Virus record (IMG/VR): IMGVR_UViG_3300018063_000014 | Span: 1 to 57,698 of that record | Strand: one strand, 5' to 3' | DNA: 57,698 nucleotides | Origin: a virus | Taxonomy: Duplodnaviria > Caudoviricetes | In this document: one piece after another, positions 46,811-55,244 of the stretch | Layout of the letters: each line of letters starts with the position of its first letter | Position numbering within the stretch: the first letter of the stretch is position 1 | Position numbers and translations under genes: made by a program | Notes under the pieces: model-generated | Told to the model about the DNA's origin: nothing | The model's input: only the letters and a program-made list of their open reading frames with translations | The model's database searches: none

Positions 46811-47677
46811 GGCAACCCCGACCACCACCTGAGCGCGTCGATCACGAGTGAGCCGCAAAAGCCGGAGACCAGCGTGATGGTAATGACGAACGCGAAGGAT
46901 TCGAATAGGTTCATGGGCTACTCATTTTCTTTCTTGCCCATTTCGTATTCTGCTTCTAGGCATTCACGACATGGCGCAACGCTGATTTGCCAGACGCCTC
47001 GGCGCTGTTGCGGCGAGCCCTCAAGGCTTGAGTGGCATTTGTCGCACTCAAGCGAAACTTCACCTGAAAATTCTAATTCCACGCTACTCCCTCTCCCTCT
47101 TGCCCTCAGCGACTTCCCTCTGCCGACGCTGAAACCAAGTGTCGGACGGGAATTTGATAAACACCGGCTCCGGCTCCCTGTACTCCGCGCCGTTCACCAC
47201 GCTCAGGTGAAATAGGTTGATGACTTCGGCAGGGGTGAGGGAGATTGGTTTACGATTCATCTTCATAGCATCGCTCTCCATATTTGAGCGTTATCGTCGG
47301 GCCACTCGCCCGGTTCTTTCACGTCGTGCATGCCTATTTCATGGTAGATCATGTCTACCGCAATCTTGAAACACGCCCATGCCTTTCTGGATATCAGCGG
47401 CTTGATGTGGGTGCCTACCACCCCAAGCCACATGTAGTGTTGTCGAAGTTCCGCAAGTTTCCTGTCGGCTTTGTTGTCCATCATCTCCCCTCCTACTGCC
47501 AAACATTCTGCAACCCTTCGCGCATCGCGTAGTGCAAATCGGGGTCGTAGTAGTAGGCATCGGTTAGGTATACAAGCCACTTCCCGTTTTCATCTTCCTC
47601 CGCATTGTGCATCCACCTGGCGAATACGCTGCCGGGGATGTAGCGGAAGTCGGGGAGACCGGCGACTTCTTGTTCCA

Positions 47678-47917
47678 TCACAGCCCCACGCTTTCAAGAA
47701 CCGCGATGACTTCATCGGCGGTGCGGCCCCTCCGATCATTCCAAATGATAGGATTGCTCCCTACGGCTTCGCGTAATTGAGCTAATATTTTGTCAGCCGT
47801 TGGGATGTCGCGCTGAGTCGCTTCTTGTACTGCCCCCCACAGGCAATGACGCCCGTGTATATCGGTTGAAACGCCCTGGCACCATCCCCGCTCCCTGATA
47901 ATCTCCGACGGTTTCAT
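47678..47917 (-). CDS. Hypothetical phage protein
   Basis: GWCQG...CLWGA...WND..GRTADEVIA motif. Confidence 0.65.
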   Translation of the reverse strand: MKPSEIIRERGWCQGVSTDIHGRHCLWGAVQEATQRDIPTADKILAQLREAVGSNPIIWNDRRGRTADEVIAVLESVGL

Positions 47918-48057
47918 TAAAGCACCCCGCATGCCTTGAGTACGATTCCCGCCACAATGATAGGGAGCCCGGCGATTAAGGAACCAATCAGCAACGCCCC
48001 GAATAAGCCGCCCATCACGATAACCGAGGCCGCCGCGTAGGCAAGAAATGTCCTCAT

Positions 48058-48687
48058 TTACGCCTCCATCCAACGTCTGATATTTTCCCTGTACGGCGCG
48101 CACACCTGCTGGAACTTCTCCTCCTCTTGGCATAGCCGAAGCGCACAGAGACCGATCTTTAGGTCGTTCGCATCTTTGTACTCGCGTAACTTTGCGATAG
48201 AGCCGTCTGGCTGTAGGTACAAACCAGCGCGATGTTGAATTCTGATGTGGTTGGCCAGTGCGCCCTCTTGGTACATAGCTGTTTGAACACCATCGGTTTT
48301 TTGGGGACCACCGGATTTCAGATCAACTAAAACGTCTTGAATCGTCTGGCAATCGAAATCCTGATCCCACGTACCGGCGAAGAGTAAACGCGGGTGCCAG
48401 AACATAAACTCAGTGCGGCGGGGCTTTAGTTTAGTCGCTTCCTTGAACAGCCCGTAGCTTTCGACGTAGGGCTTGATCTCGTCATCAACCGAGGTCCAAT
48501 CGAGGTTGTCCCAGGCTAATAACGCGCAAGCCATGTGAACCGCCGCCCCTCGCTCTCGCCCGCGCTTAGTAAAGAATCCCTCGCCCTTCATTAAGCCCTG
48601 CTGCTTGATGATTTGAGTGACAGAGGGGATCTCCATGTCACCAACCCAATATCGATGCGTCGCTTCGTCAAATCGTAGCACGCTCAC
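48058..48687 (-). CDS. PD-(D/E)XK exonuclease
   Basis: IPSVTQII, GAAVH, FAGTWD, VDLKSG, QTAMY. Confidence 0.85.
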   Translation of the reverse strand: MSVLRFDEATHRYWVGDMEIPSVTQIIKQQGLMKGEGFFTKRGRERGAAVHMACALLAWDNLDWTSVDDEIKPYVESYGLFKEATKLKPRRTEFMFWHPRLLFAGTWDQDFDCQTIQDVLVDLKSGGPQKTDGVQTAMYQEGALANHIRIQHRAGLYLQPDGSIAKLREYKDANDLKIGLCALRLCQEEEKFQQVCAPYRENIRRWMEA

Positions 48688-49117
48688 GGACTCTCCTTGT
48701 TCGCTTTTCTTCGCGCCTACACTCCCGGCAATGCCGGTGTACCACTCCAGTGTACCCTACCCACTCGTAGGTATTGGTTTCATCGTATGCGTGACCACGT
48801 TTACAGTGAGTCTTGGTAAAATTCTCAGCGGTCAACCCAAATCCGCGAATAACCACATTTACGTGCATAGTGACCGGCTCTAGGTGGTCTGGATTAACGC
48901 AGCGCCTATTCCGACACTTGTGGTCGATTACTAGCCCATCGGGGATGTCGCCTCTATGGAGCATGTAGGAGAGTCTGTGGGCTAAGAAAAATTTATACCC
49001 TATATGGAACTGGCCGTAGCCATTGGGCATGAGCGGCGGCAGCCAGTTCCAACAACCGCTCGCAAGATCGCGGGCGTGCTTGTTCTTAAACCTCGTGATG
49101 TCTTTCGCGTCGAACAT
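48668..49117 (-). mobile_element. HNH homing endonuclease
   Basis: CWNW...AHRLSY...IDHKCRNRRCVNPDHLEPVT; KTHCKRGH. Confidence 0.9.
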
Positions 49118-49126
49118 ATATTGGCG

Positions 49127-50263
49127 CTACTTCTTCTCCAGCAACTTCCGCCGCGCGTGGAACGCCTTGACGACACTAGGCCCCCTGCCCTCTTCTATCG
49201 AGCGGAAGTTTTTGTAGACTTCGTTGTCTTTCGAGTCGAGCTGTTCAAGCGTAGCCGTTTCGATCCAGGCGATGAGCTTGTCGGCGATGGGGGTTTCGGA
49301 GGTTTCGTCGCCAGCATCTTCAGCGCCTTCAGTTTTCCCCTGTTGAGAAACCTCAGATCCTTCAGGATTTGCTGACGGTCCATCGGTCGCCACGGCTTTC
49401 GTCCCATCCGCCTTCTCCTTCTTCGGCCTACCTACCTTCGGTTTTTCCGCCTGCTTTCCTTCTGCATTTGACGGCGGGTTTTCGCTCGGGCCTTTTCCCT
49501 CGGCGTTCGCCTTCTCGGCGGGTTCTGTGGTTCCCCTAGTAGCTGGTGAAACCACTGTGTCGGGAACTTTGGGATCATCGGGCTTCTCCTTCAGGGGCTT
49601 CGGTAGGGAGATGGGCTTCTCGGCAACCGGAGTAATGTCGCGCGGCTCTAACTCTTCGGCGAGTTCGGTTATCTCCAAACCGATCACGGCTTCGGGGATC
49701 GCATCGTTGCCGGCCAAGTTGCGGGCCATCCATTGAAGCATTCGACCGGGCCGCTTGAACCACGGACTCTGTTCGCGCTTCTCCTGAGTCGCACCCTTGC
49801 CGCCCCACACGCCGGACTTCTCGGCCATCTCCTTAGTGAATCGCGCCGTCACGGGTTTCTTGGAACCCCTACGCTTAATCGTGCATTCGCCATAACCCTT
49901 CTCTAGGGCTTCATGTTCGGCTAATTCTTCGGTGTCCTCGCACAGCGGATGGCTCTTAATGAGGGACCAATAGCCGTTTCCCCAAATGCGCGGTCGCCCG
50001 TTGATCACGGCGATGTAACGGAGCGAAGCCATCGGCGGCAGTCCGACTTCATGCCCGGTCTGCCACGCGGCGAGCACCGCTCCGGGCTTGTCGCGAAAGG
50101 CGTCTGGTACGAATTCGGTCGCACAGATGAGCTTGGCGAAGTCGGCCATCTCCTGCCATGTGCGCGGCTTGAATGCCATCGCGTCGTCTTTAACCGCGAT
50201 GGTCCATTGTCTCTTATCGGTTGTCGTGGGAACCTGCGCTGATTGCGTCTGTTCTTCTGCCAT
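49127..50263 (-). CDS. RecT-like single-strand annealing protein
   Basis: FVPDAFRDKPG...GHEVGLPPM...IAVINGRP...PWFKRPGRML; acidic disordered tail. Confidence 0.8.
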   Translation of the reverse strand: MAEEQTQSAQVPTTTDKRQWTIAVKDDAMAFKPRTWQEMADFAKLICATEFVPDAFRDKPGAVLAAWQTGHEVGLPPMASLRYIAVINGRPRIWGNGYWSLIKSHPLCEDTEELAEHEALEKGYGECTIKRRGSKKPVTARFTKEMAEKSGVWGGKGATQEKREQSPWFKRPGRMLQWMARNLAGNDAIPEAVIGLEITELAEELEPRDITPVAEKPISLPKPLKEKPDDPKVPDTVVSPATRGTTEPAEKANAEGKGPSENPPSNAEGKQAEKPKVGRPKKEKADGTKAVATDGPSANPEGSEVSQQGKTEGAEDAGDETSETPIADKLIAWIETATLEQLDSKDNEVYKNFRSIEEGRGPSVVKAFHARRKLLEKK

Positions 50264-50618
50264 TCGTTTCTCCTTTAAAAAGCTCTCAATTCATCGGTCT
50301 GGCCGGGATAGATTCCGGCTCGCTCTTTCGCAGCTGCATTGTTTTTACCCGTGGGCTGCTATCACACAGGTCGGCGTCTGGTATATGCAGTCAACCTTGC
50401 GTGTCCTTCCACGCCGCAGACCGATGAATTCAAAGCTCAATAGTTTCGCTACCCCCCTTCGAACATCCGCCAGAATAATCCCGACCTCGGTTTGCGCCAC
50501 TTGATTGCTCCGTGATAACCGCACCGAGGGCACGTCTCTAAGCAGGCGAACGACTCACCGCACCAATCGCGGATGATCTTGTGGCCGTAGCGATCACAGA
50601 GGTAGCGGCGAAACCGCT

Positions 50619-50825
50619 TCATAGCTTCACCCCGCACGGAAACGTGTCAGTAGGTAAACAAAGCTCGCGCTCCGGCGACCCGTTCCACTCTCCCCTGAGT
50701 TCTTCCCGTAGCTTCGCCTGCTGGCGATTGTAGGCTATGAGGTCCGCAGGGGCCTTGAACCAATCACGCCCGTTGACGGAGCGGAGAAGGATTTCTTGGC
50801 CGGCTACGGTCACGTTTTTAAGCAT
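50619..50825 (-). CDS. Hypothetical protein
   Basis: 68 aa, AAGGAG RBS. Confidence 0.55.
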   Translation of the reverse strand: MLKNVTVAGQEILLRSVNGRDWFKAPADLIAYNRQQAKLREELRGEWNGSPERELCLPTDTFPCGVKL

Positions 50826-50828
50826 CGC

Positions 50829-51635
50829 TCACTCCTTGACCAGCCCGAGTTCTTTCAAGTTCTTCTCCCCAACTCGGCGGCATGTTTTTACTCTAAATTT
50901 CCCGTCTGTACAGGTTGGAATGACCAAATTACCCGGAGGCACCGATACGAAAAACTCCATGATTAAAATGCGGTATCCCGGTTTCCACTCCCGCATGACC
51001 CAATCCAAGGTAGCCAGATTGATCCCGGCGCCGCACTGTTCGTTTTCGCCGGCAGTGAAATTCTTGACGGAGAATTCTTCTACTTCCGGCTTGAGATAGT
51101 TGATACCGCCATTGAACGGCCCTTCGCCCGTAGCGTTTACGAGCTTGTACGCCCGAACGGGTCCAGGTTGTTCGAGAAGAATGCGGAGCGGCGTAGAGCG
51201 ATTCTTATCTATGCCCACGGCGGAACACAGATCGGCGAAACACAGATTGGCGGAACGCAGATCGGCGGAACTCAGATTGGCGGAACGCAGATCGGCGGAA
51301 CTCAGATCGGCGGAACACAGATCGGCGGAACTCAGATTGGCGGAACGCAGATTGGCGGAACGCAGATTGGCGGAACGCAGATCGGCGGAACACAGATTGG
51401 CGGAACTCAGATTGGCGGAACGCAGATTGGCGGAACGCAGATTGGCGGAACGCAGATCGGCGGAACACAGATTGGCGGAACGCAGATCGGCGGAACTCAG
51501 ATTGGCGGAACGCAGATCGGCGGAACTCAGATCGGCGGAACTTTTAACCGCCGCTTCAACCGCAAGTTTCCAGCTTTCGGTTTCAATGCTGAAAATTACC
51601 GAACCCGAAAACCGATTTTTGATTTCAAACTTCAT
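50829..51635 (-). CDS. Pentapeptide-repeat protein
   Basis: MKFEIKNRF start with GGGAG RBS; about 21 A(D/N)L(R/S/C)S repeats; CGAGIN C-terminal domain. Confidence 0.9.
   Translation of the reverse strand: MKFEIKNRFSGSVIFSIETESWKLAVEAAVKSSADLSSADLRSANLSSADLRSANLCSADLRSANLRSANLRSANLSSANLCSADLRSANLRSANLRSANLSSADLCSADLSSADLRSANLSSADLRSANLCFADLCSAVGIDKNRSTPLRILLEQPGPVRAYKLVNATGEGPFNGGINYLKPEVEEFSVKNFTAGENEQCGAGINLATLDWVMREWKPGYRILIMEFFVSVPPGNLVIPTCTDGKFRVKTCRRVGEKNLKELGLVKE
51219..51541. repeat. 15-bp tandem repeat, about 21 copies
   Basis: GGCGGAAC(A/G/T)CAGAT(C/T) units. Confidence 0.95.
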
Positions 51636-51699
51636 TGGGATCTCCCTGAGTATTCTTTTGTGGACGCCCATTGTCCACGCCGTTGACGTAAAACGTAAA

Positions 51700-51933
51700 C
51701 TACCTAAGCCGACGACCAATGGCGACGCCGATATGCAAGTGCAGTTGCGCTTCAATCGATTCAACAATGGGGCTACCTCCCATGAGCAGCTTTTCATAGT
51801 CGGGGTTTATCATTGTGCAGATTGCCTCTAGGGCGTCGCCATGTTCGGCGTCGATGGAGGCAAAGATCACCTCTGGCTGTAGCGCCGCGTCCACAAGCTC
51901 CTGGCACTTTTCATCGATTGATTGTTTGGTCAT
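51700..51933 (-). CDS. Hypothetical protein
   Basis: 77 aa, GGAGG RBS, ATGA coupling. Confidence 0.6.
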   Translation of the reverse strand: MTKQSIDEKCQELVDAALQPEVIFASIDAEHGDALEAICTMINPDYEKLLMGGSPIVESIEAQLHLHIGVAIGRRLR

Positions 51934-52121
51934 GATTGGCCTCCCGCTTGCGCGCCGCCGACAATCGCCCGAAGATCCTCGATGATCGTCCTCTGCCGTT
52001 CCCGGTAGGCACCCTGCTTGCAGGCGTTCCTATCGTACTCGCGCTTCGATTTGGGATTCTTGACTGGGAAGCGGGTCTTGCACACTGGACACTTGCGGTA
52101 TGTTTTACGTTTGACGGGCAT
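51930..52121 (-). CDS. Small Zn-finger DNA-binding protein (CGNR-like)
   Basis: CPVCKTRF...REYDRNACKQGAYRERQ. Confidence 0.65.
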   Translation of the reverse strand: MPVKRKTYRKCPVCKTRFPVKNPKSKREYDRNACKQGAYRERQRTIIEDLRAIVGGAQAGGQS

Positions 52122-52170
52122 TGAATTTGCGTATAACGGTAACGTGACGGTAACGGTTTCTATGAGCTAC

Positions 52171-52199
52171 GTTCTAATCGATATTGCATAGGAAGTCAA
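52171..52199 (-). promoter_or_regulatory. Leftward early promoter candidate
   Basis: TTGACT-17 nt-TAGAAC in the divergent intergenic region. Confidence 0.45.
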
Positions 52200-52210
52200 G
52201 GAATATCTTT

Positions 52211-52555
52211 GTGGATTTCGTTACACCGGCGGAAATCACTGAAATCGTGAGGGAACTTTTAACAGCCGAGCCTAATCAAGCGGCGCTCGGCGAGAAACTT
52301 GCACTGTCGCAATCAAGTATATCCCACTTAAAAATGGGCCATGCTCACGAATTCGTTCAACATATCAACACTTTTCTCACGCTTCTAAAGTTGCGGTTCG
52401 AATTAAGCCACGGAGAGTTGAAGGGCAGCCCCTTGGTCAAGCTTTTACAACTCATCGCCGCTAGTGATCTCGCTACTTGCGAGAGGCTAACCGCTTCACT
52501 GCAAAAGCAGATTAAGATGACAAAACACGGAAAGGGCGGTGACGCAAAATGCTAA
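52211..52555 (+). CDS. HTH regulator (XRE-like)
   Basis: NQAALGEKLALSQSSISHL; GTG start after AAGGA. Confidence 0.6.
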   Translation: MDFVTPAEITEIVRELLTAEPNQAALGEKLALSQSSISHLKMGHAHEFVQHINTFLTLLKLRFELSHGELKGSPLVKLLQLIAASDLATCERLTASLQKQIKMTKHGKGGDAKC

Positions 52556-52821
52556 CCCAAGAAGAAGTGGACCAGCTACGCCAAGATTTTGCCGATCGTA
52601 TGTACGGGCTCATTGGGGATTTGGAGAAGACACAGAACTTGATAAACTTTTCGAAGAAAACAGGCATCTCACTCCGCCAATTGTCCCAATGGAAAAACCA
52701 GCGGCATCTTAATTGGCCGCATGTGAAGAACCTGATGAGGATTGCGCTAGGCGCGGAAGTGTCGGTCGATTGGTTGCTGTTTGGAGATGACAGCAAGGGT
52801 AAGAAGAAGGGAAGGAAGTAG
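52549..52821 (+). CDS. XRE-family repressor-like protein
   Basis: FSKKTGISLRQLSQWK...P..NLMRIA...VSVDWLLFG. Confidence 0.85.
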   Translation: MLTQEEVDQLRQDFADRMYGLIGDLEKTQNLINFSKKTGISLRQLSQWKNQRHLNWPHVKNLMRIALGAEVSVDWLLFGDDSKGKKKGRK

Positions 52822-53000
52822 TTGACACGCCACGACCAACCGCATAGAGATTGAACCCCGGAGGCCACATGGAACACGTAATTATCGACGGTATAATCCT
52901 AGTTGCGACGTTTGTGCTAGCGGTCCTGTGTGTGGTGATTTTAATGGCCCTGGTGCGCGTATTCGGCTTGCGGAAGCGGTGAAGCGTGTTTTTAACCGAT

Positions 53001-53075
53001 TGGTGGAGTAGCCGAGATTCCAACTCGGAACGCTCGGGTGCAGACCGAGCATGATAGCAGTTTCACCACTACCCC
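53001..53075 (-). tRNA. tRNA-Ala(UGC), atypical
   Basis: Full cloverleaf, G3:U70, A73, encoded CCA; C33, C19/G56. Confidence 0.85.
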
Positions 53076-53076
53076 A

Positions 53077-53152
53077 TGGTCTGAGTGGCAGGTCTCGAAC
53101 CTGCATGATCGTGATCCCAAGTCACGAGGACAGCCAATTATCCCACACTCAG
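53077..53152 (-). tRNA. tRNA-Pro(UGG)
   Basis: CTGAGTG/CACTCAG acceptor, CTTGGGA loop, TTCGA, CCA. Confidence 0.92.
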
Positions 53153-53154
53153 AA

Positions 53155-53231
53155 TGGTGCCGCCGGTAGGCATCGAACCCACAACCTTCGCATTACAGGT
53201 GCGTTGCTCTGCCAAATTGAGCTACAGCGGC
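53155..53231 (-). tRNA. tRNA-Thr(UGU)
   Basis: GCC/GGC acceptor end, loop CCTGTAA, TTCGA, CCA. Confidence 0.9.
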
Positions 53232-53232
53232 A

Positions 53233-53307
53233 TGGGGTGCGCGATGGGATTCGAACCCATTCTTAGTGAGCCACAATCACTCGTGCTGCCAGTTACACTA
53301 CGCTCAC
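53233..53307 (-). tRNA. tRNA-His(GUG)
   Basis: Loop TTGTGGC, C73, TTCGAAT, CCA; one A-G mismatch in the acceptor stem. Confidence 0.9.
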
Positions 53308-53344
53308 AAAAGCAAAGGCCGGAGCGTTGCCACCCCGGCCTTTG
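53308..53344 (-). terminator. Intrinsic terminator immediately upstream of the tRNA array
   Basis: CAAAGGCCGGGGTG-GCAA-CGCTCCGGCCTTTG then CTTTT. Confidence 0.8.
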
Positions 53345-53368
53345 GGAATTAACAATCGGGTGCGGCAC

Positions 53369-53419
53369 TTAGCGAATCACCATTGGCGCGGCCTCCGTTC
53401 TTTTCGGGTTTGTCTTCAT
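53369..53419 (-). CDS. Putative 16-aa leader peptide MKTNPKRTEAAPMVIR
   Basis: Purine-rich RBS AAGGGAAG; stop 24 nt before the terminator stem. Confidence 0.5.
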   Translation of the reverse strand: MKTNPKRTEAAPMVIR

Positions 53420-53453
53420 AGCTCTTCCCTTATCTCACCTTTTCTCTTTGGCG

Positions 53454-53873
53454 TCAAGGCGCAACCGCTAAATTTCCCGGCGCTGCCGGTACAACCACGG
53501 GCGGGACGGGGCGGGGAATACGCAAACAAGCCTGATTCGAGTTTCCCGATTCTTGAAGCGCGCCGCTAACCGCAAAGTTATAAGCCGAAACGAGATAGCA
53601 ATACTCGTTATCAAAGTTGATATCGGCAACCGCCATGTTATCGACGTAGGTAGCCTGATCGACTTGGGAGAGTTGAATCAACTGCGCGAATGCCCCAGAG
53701 TTAACCACGATTGTCGTTCCCGGCTGGAATTGAGTTAATTTCCGACGAACGATAAAGCCCACCTCGTTGTTACTGTTGTCCTGCCACGTCAGGGTTGCGG
53801 CATCCGCCTCCGAGACTGACAACAAGAACGCGAGGACGGCGCCCCATAGCGCAAGTTTCGTGTTTTTCTTCAT
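53454..53873 (-). CDS. Signal-peptide fibronectin type III domain protein
   Basis: MKKNTKLALWGAVLAFLLSVSEADA, LTWQDNSNNEVGF, YCYLVSAYN; AAGGAG RBS. Confidence 0.85.
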   Translation of the reverse strand: MKKNTKLALWGAVLAFLLSVSEADAATLTWQDNSNNEVGFIVRRKLTQFQPGTTIVVNSGAFAQLIQLSQVDQATYVDNMAVADINFDNEYCYLVSAYNFAVSGALQESGNSNQACLRIPRPVPPVVVPAAPGNLAVAP

Positions 53874-54063
53874 TCGATTCTCCTTTATAGCCGTACATTT
53901 GAGCGCAGAGCTTTATCAATCTGACCTGCTTCCAATTCTGCGGATAATGCCCTTCTGTTTTCCAGTACCATATTGAAAATATACTACACCCGACAAAGCG
54001 GGCAATGTAGGAATCGGTTACGCCACATTTGCGGAGATAGGCCAGTGCGCCAATCACTTCCAT
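53770..54063 (-). CDS. Small HTH-like protein (3' end overlaps next gene)
   Basis: GVTDSYIARFVGCSIFSIWYWK. Confidence 0.45.
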   Translation of the reverse strand: MEVIGALAYLRKCGVTDSYIARFVGCSIFSIWYWKTEGHYPQNWKQVRLIKLCAQMYGYKGESNEEKHETCAMGRRPRVLVVSLGGGCRNPDVAGQQ

Positions 54064-54506
54064 TGCCCAGTCAAGAGCTGATCGGCCAATCGTTTAGCCC
54101 GTTCACCTACCTGCTCCGCATACTTCGAGTCGAGCAGCTCCCTCGCCGCTTCTTCCCAACGCTCGCCATGAGCCGCCGCCAGCATCTTCTTGAACCCGAG
54201 CAGGCGACCGATGCCCATGTTGAAAACGAGGTTCACGAACACAGCGTAGCGGGGCTCGTCGAGGATATCGGTCCATGCGAGGTGCGTGCTCAGTTCGTTC
54301 TTGGCAACGGCCACGTCGTTTTGAAACATCGCGAAGCCCTCAGCGGCGGAGAGTCCGTTGTCTTCGAGATTCCTTCCGACCCCCACGCTTAATTTACCCT
54401 TGAATTTCGGCGTACACGTACAATCCCGCCAAAACTCGCCACAGCAATCCATGTAAGGTAGGCGCCGATTGCCTTCATCGCGCATTATTTGCGAATAGAT
54501 ATCCAT
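54054..54506 (-). CDS. Endolysin, T4-lysozyme-like (GH24)
   Basis: RDEG..PYMD...GKLSVGVGRNL...FNMG...DSKYAEQVGERA. Confidence 0.92.
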   Translation of the reverse strand: MDIYSQIMRDEGNRRLPYMDCCGEFWRDCTCTPKFKGKLSVGVGRNLEDNGLSAAEGFAMFQNDVAVAKNELSTHLAWTDILDEPRYAVFVNLVFNMGIGRLLGFKKMLAAAHGERWEEAARELLDSKYAEQVGERAKRLADQLLTGQWK

Positions 54507-54515
54507 CGCTTATTC

Positions 54516-54992
54516 CTAGAAAAGTCTTCCCATCGCCGACTCTGGTTTCGGCATATCAGCCGGTAAAAGCTGCAAGGCCAGCAAGCCGCCCTTAGTTTCC
54601 CCAGCTTGCCTAAAACCGGCCCGCAAATAACAACGGCCAGGGTCGCGCTTCCGCCGAACCTTCCCGGCGTCAACAAAAGTGATCATCCCTAAATTGGGGA
54701 CCTCTGGCCATTCCGCCAAAGTTGCAGCCACCGCCTGCCGAATCAGCTCCGATGACAAGCCGGCTCCTTCGTTTCGGAAAATGCTGTTCACCCAAGCACC
54801 GGCCCATGCGTGCTTAACGTACTGCGCGAATGGCCAGGATGTCGTCCACACGGCTTTCCCGCACTGCGATACAAACACAAGGCAGCGACCCGGTGGAACA
54901 AATTGCGGCGAGCCCACCTTTTGTCGGTTGTAATGTCGATCAGCCAAGGATACCGCTGATGGGTCAAATCTATGTGAGTGCCACCAAATCAA
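54516..54992 (-). CDS. Mom-like GNAT-fold protein (candidate DNA modification)
   Basis: LADRHY...SELIRQAV...ITFVD...PGRCYLRAGF...G.T; TTG start overlapping the upstream stop. Confidence 0.55.
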   Translation of the reverse strand: MIWWHSHRFDPSAVSLADRHYNRQKVGSPQFVPPGRCLVFVSQCGKAVWTTSWPFAQYVKHAWAGAWVNSIFRNEGAGLSSELIRQAVAATLAEWPEVPNLGMITFVDAGKVRRKRDPGRCYLRAGFRQAGETKGGLLALQLLPADMPKPESAMGRLF

Positions 54993-55225
54993 AACTCTAC
55001 CGGCCTGTCGGGATCGACACTCCGCCACCGAAGCACACAGCCGTTAAAACCGGGCGCTGGCAAGCAATGTACGACGCCATCCGAGGCCACGCCCCGGTGA
55101 GTCGTTGTTCCGATATAAACCGAGACGGGGTTATCGATCCGGTACACGCGACCCCCAAATTCGTACTCACGCCAATATTCTATGCCCTTCAGATTTTTGG
55201 GTTCCATGCTGAACTCCTTTTCCAT
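54989..55225 (-). CDS. Hypothetical protein
   Basis: WREYEFGGRVYRIDNP...TTHR motif. Confidence 0.65.
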   Translation of the reverse strand: MEKEFSMEPKNLKGIEYWREYEFGGRVYRIDNPVSVYIGTTTHRGVASDGVVHCLPAPGFNGCVLRWRSVDPDRPVEF

Positions 55226-55244
55226 CGTTTATTCCTCGGTTTCC

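Noticed and set aside
48058-48687. Cas4 as part of a CRISPR system
   Set aside because: No Fe-S Cys cluster or array; context beside the SSAP indicates a recombination exonuclease.
51100-51831. Plus-strand repeat ORFs (TQIGG and RLAER) and possible CRISPR array
   Set aside because: Antisense shadows of the pentapeptide gene; the 15-bp units are contiguous with no spacers and no cas genes.
53001-53075. Reading as tRNA-Cys(GCA)
   Set aside because: That register breaks the anticodon stem; G3:U70 and A73 indicate Ala.
53155-53231. Reading as tRNA-Tyr(GTA)
   Set aside because: Stem does not pair in that register, no long variable arm, acceptor matches Thr.
53051-53372. Plus-strand ORFs over the tRNA region
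   Set aside because: Antisense readings of tRNA genes.
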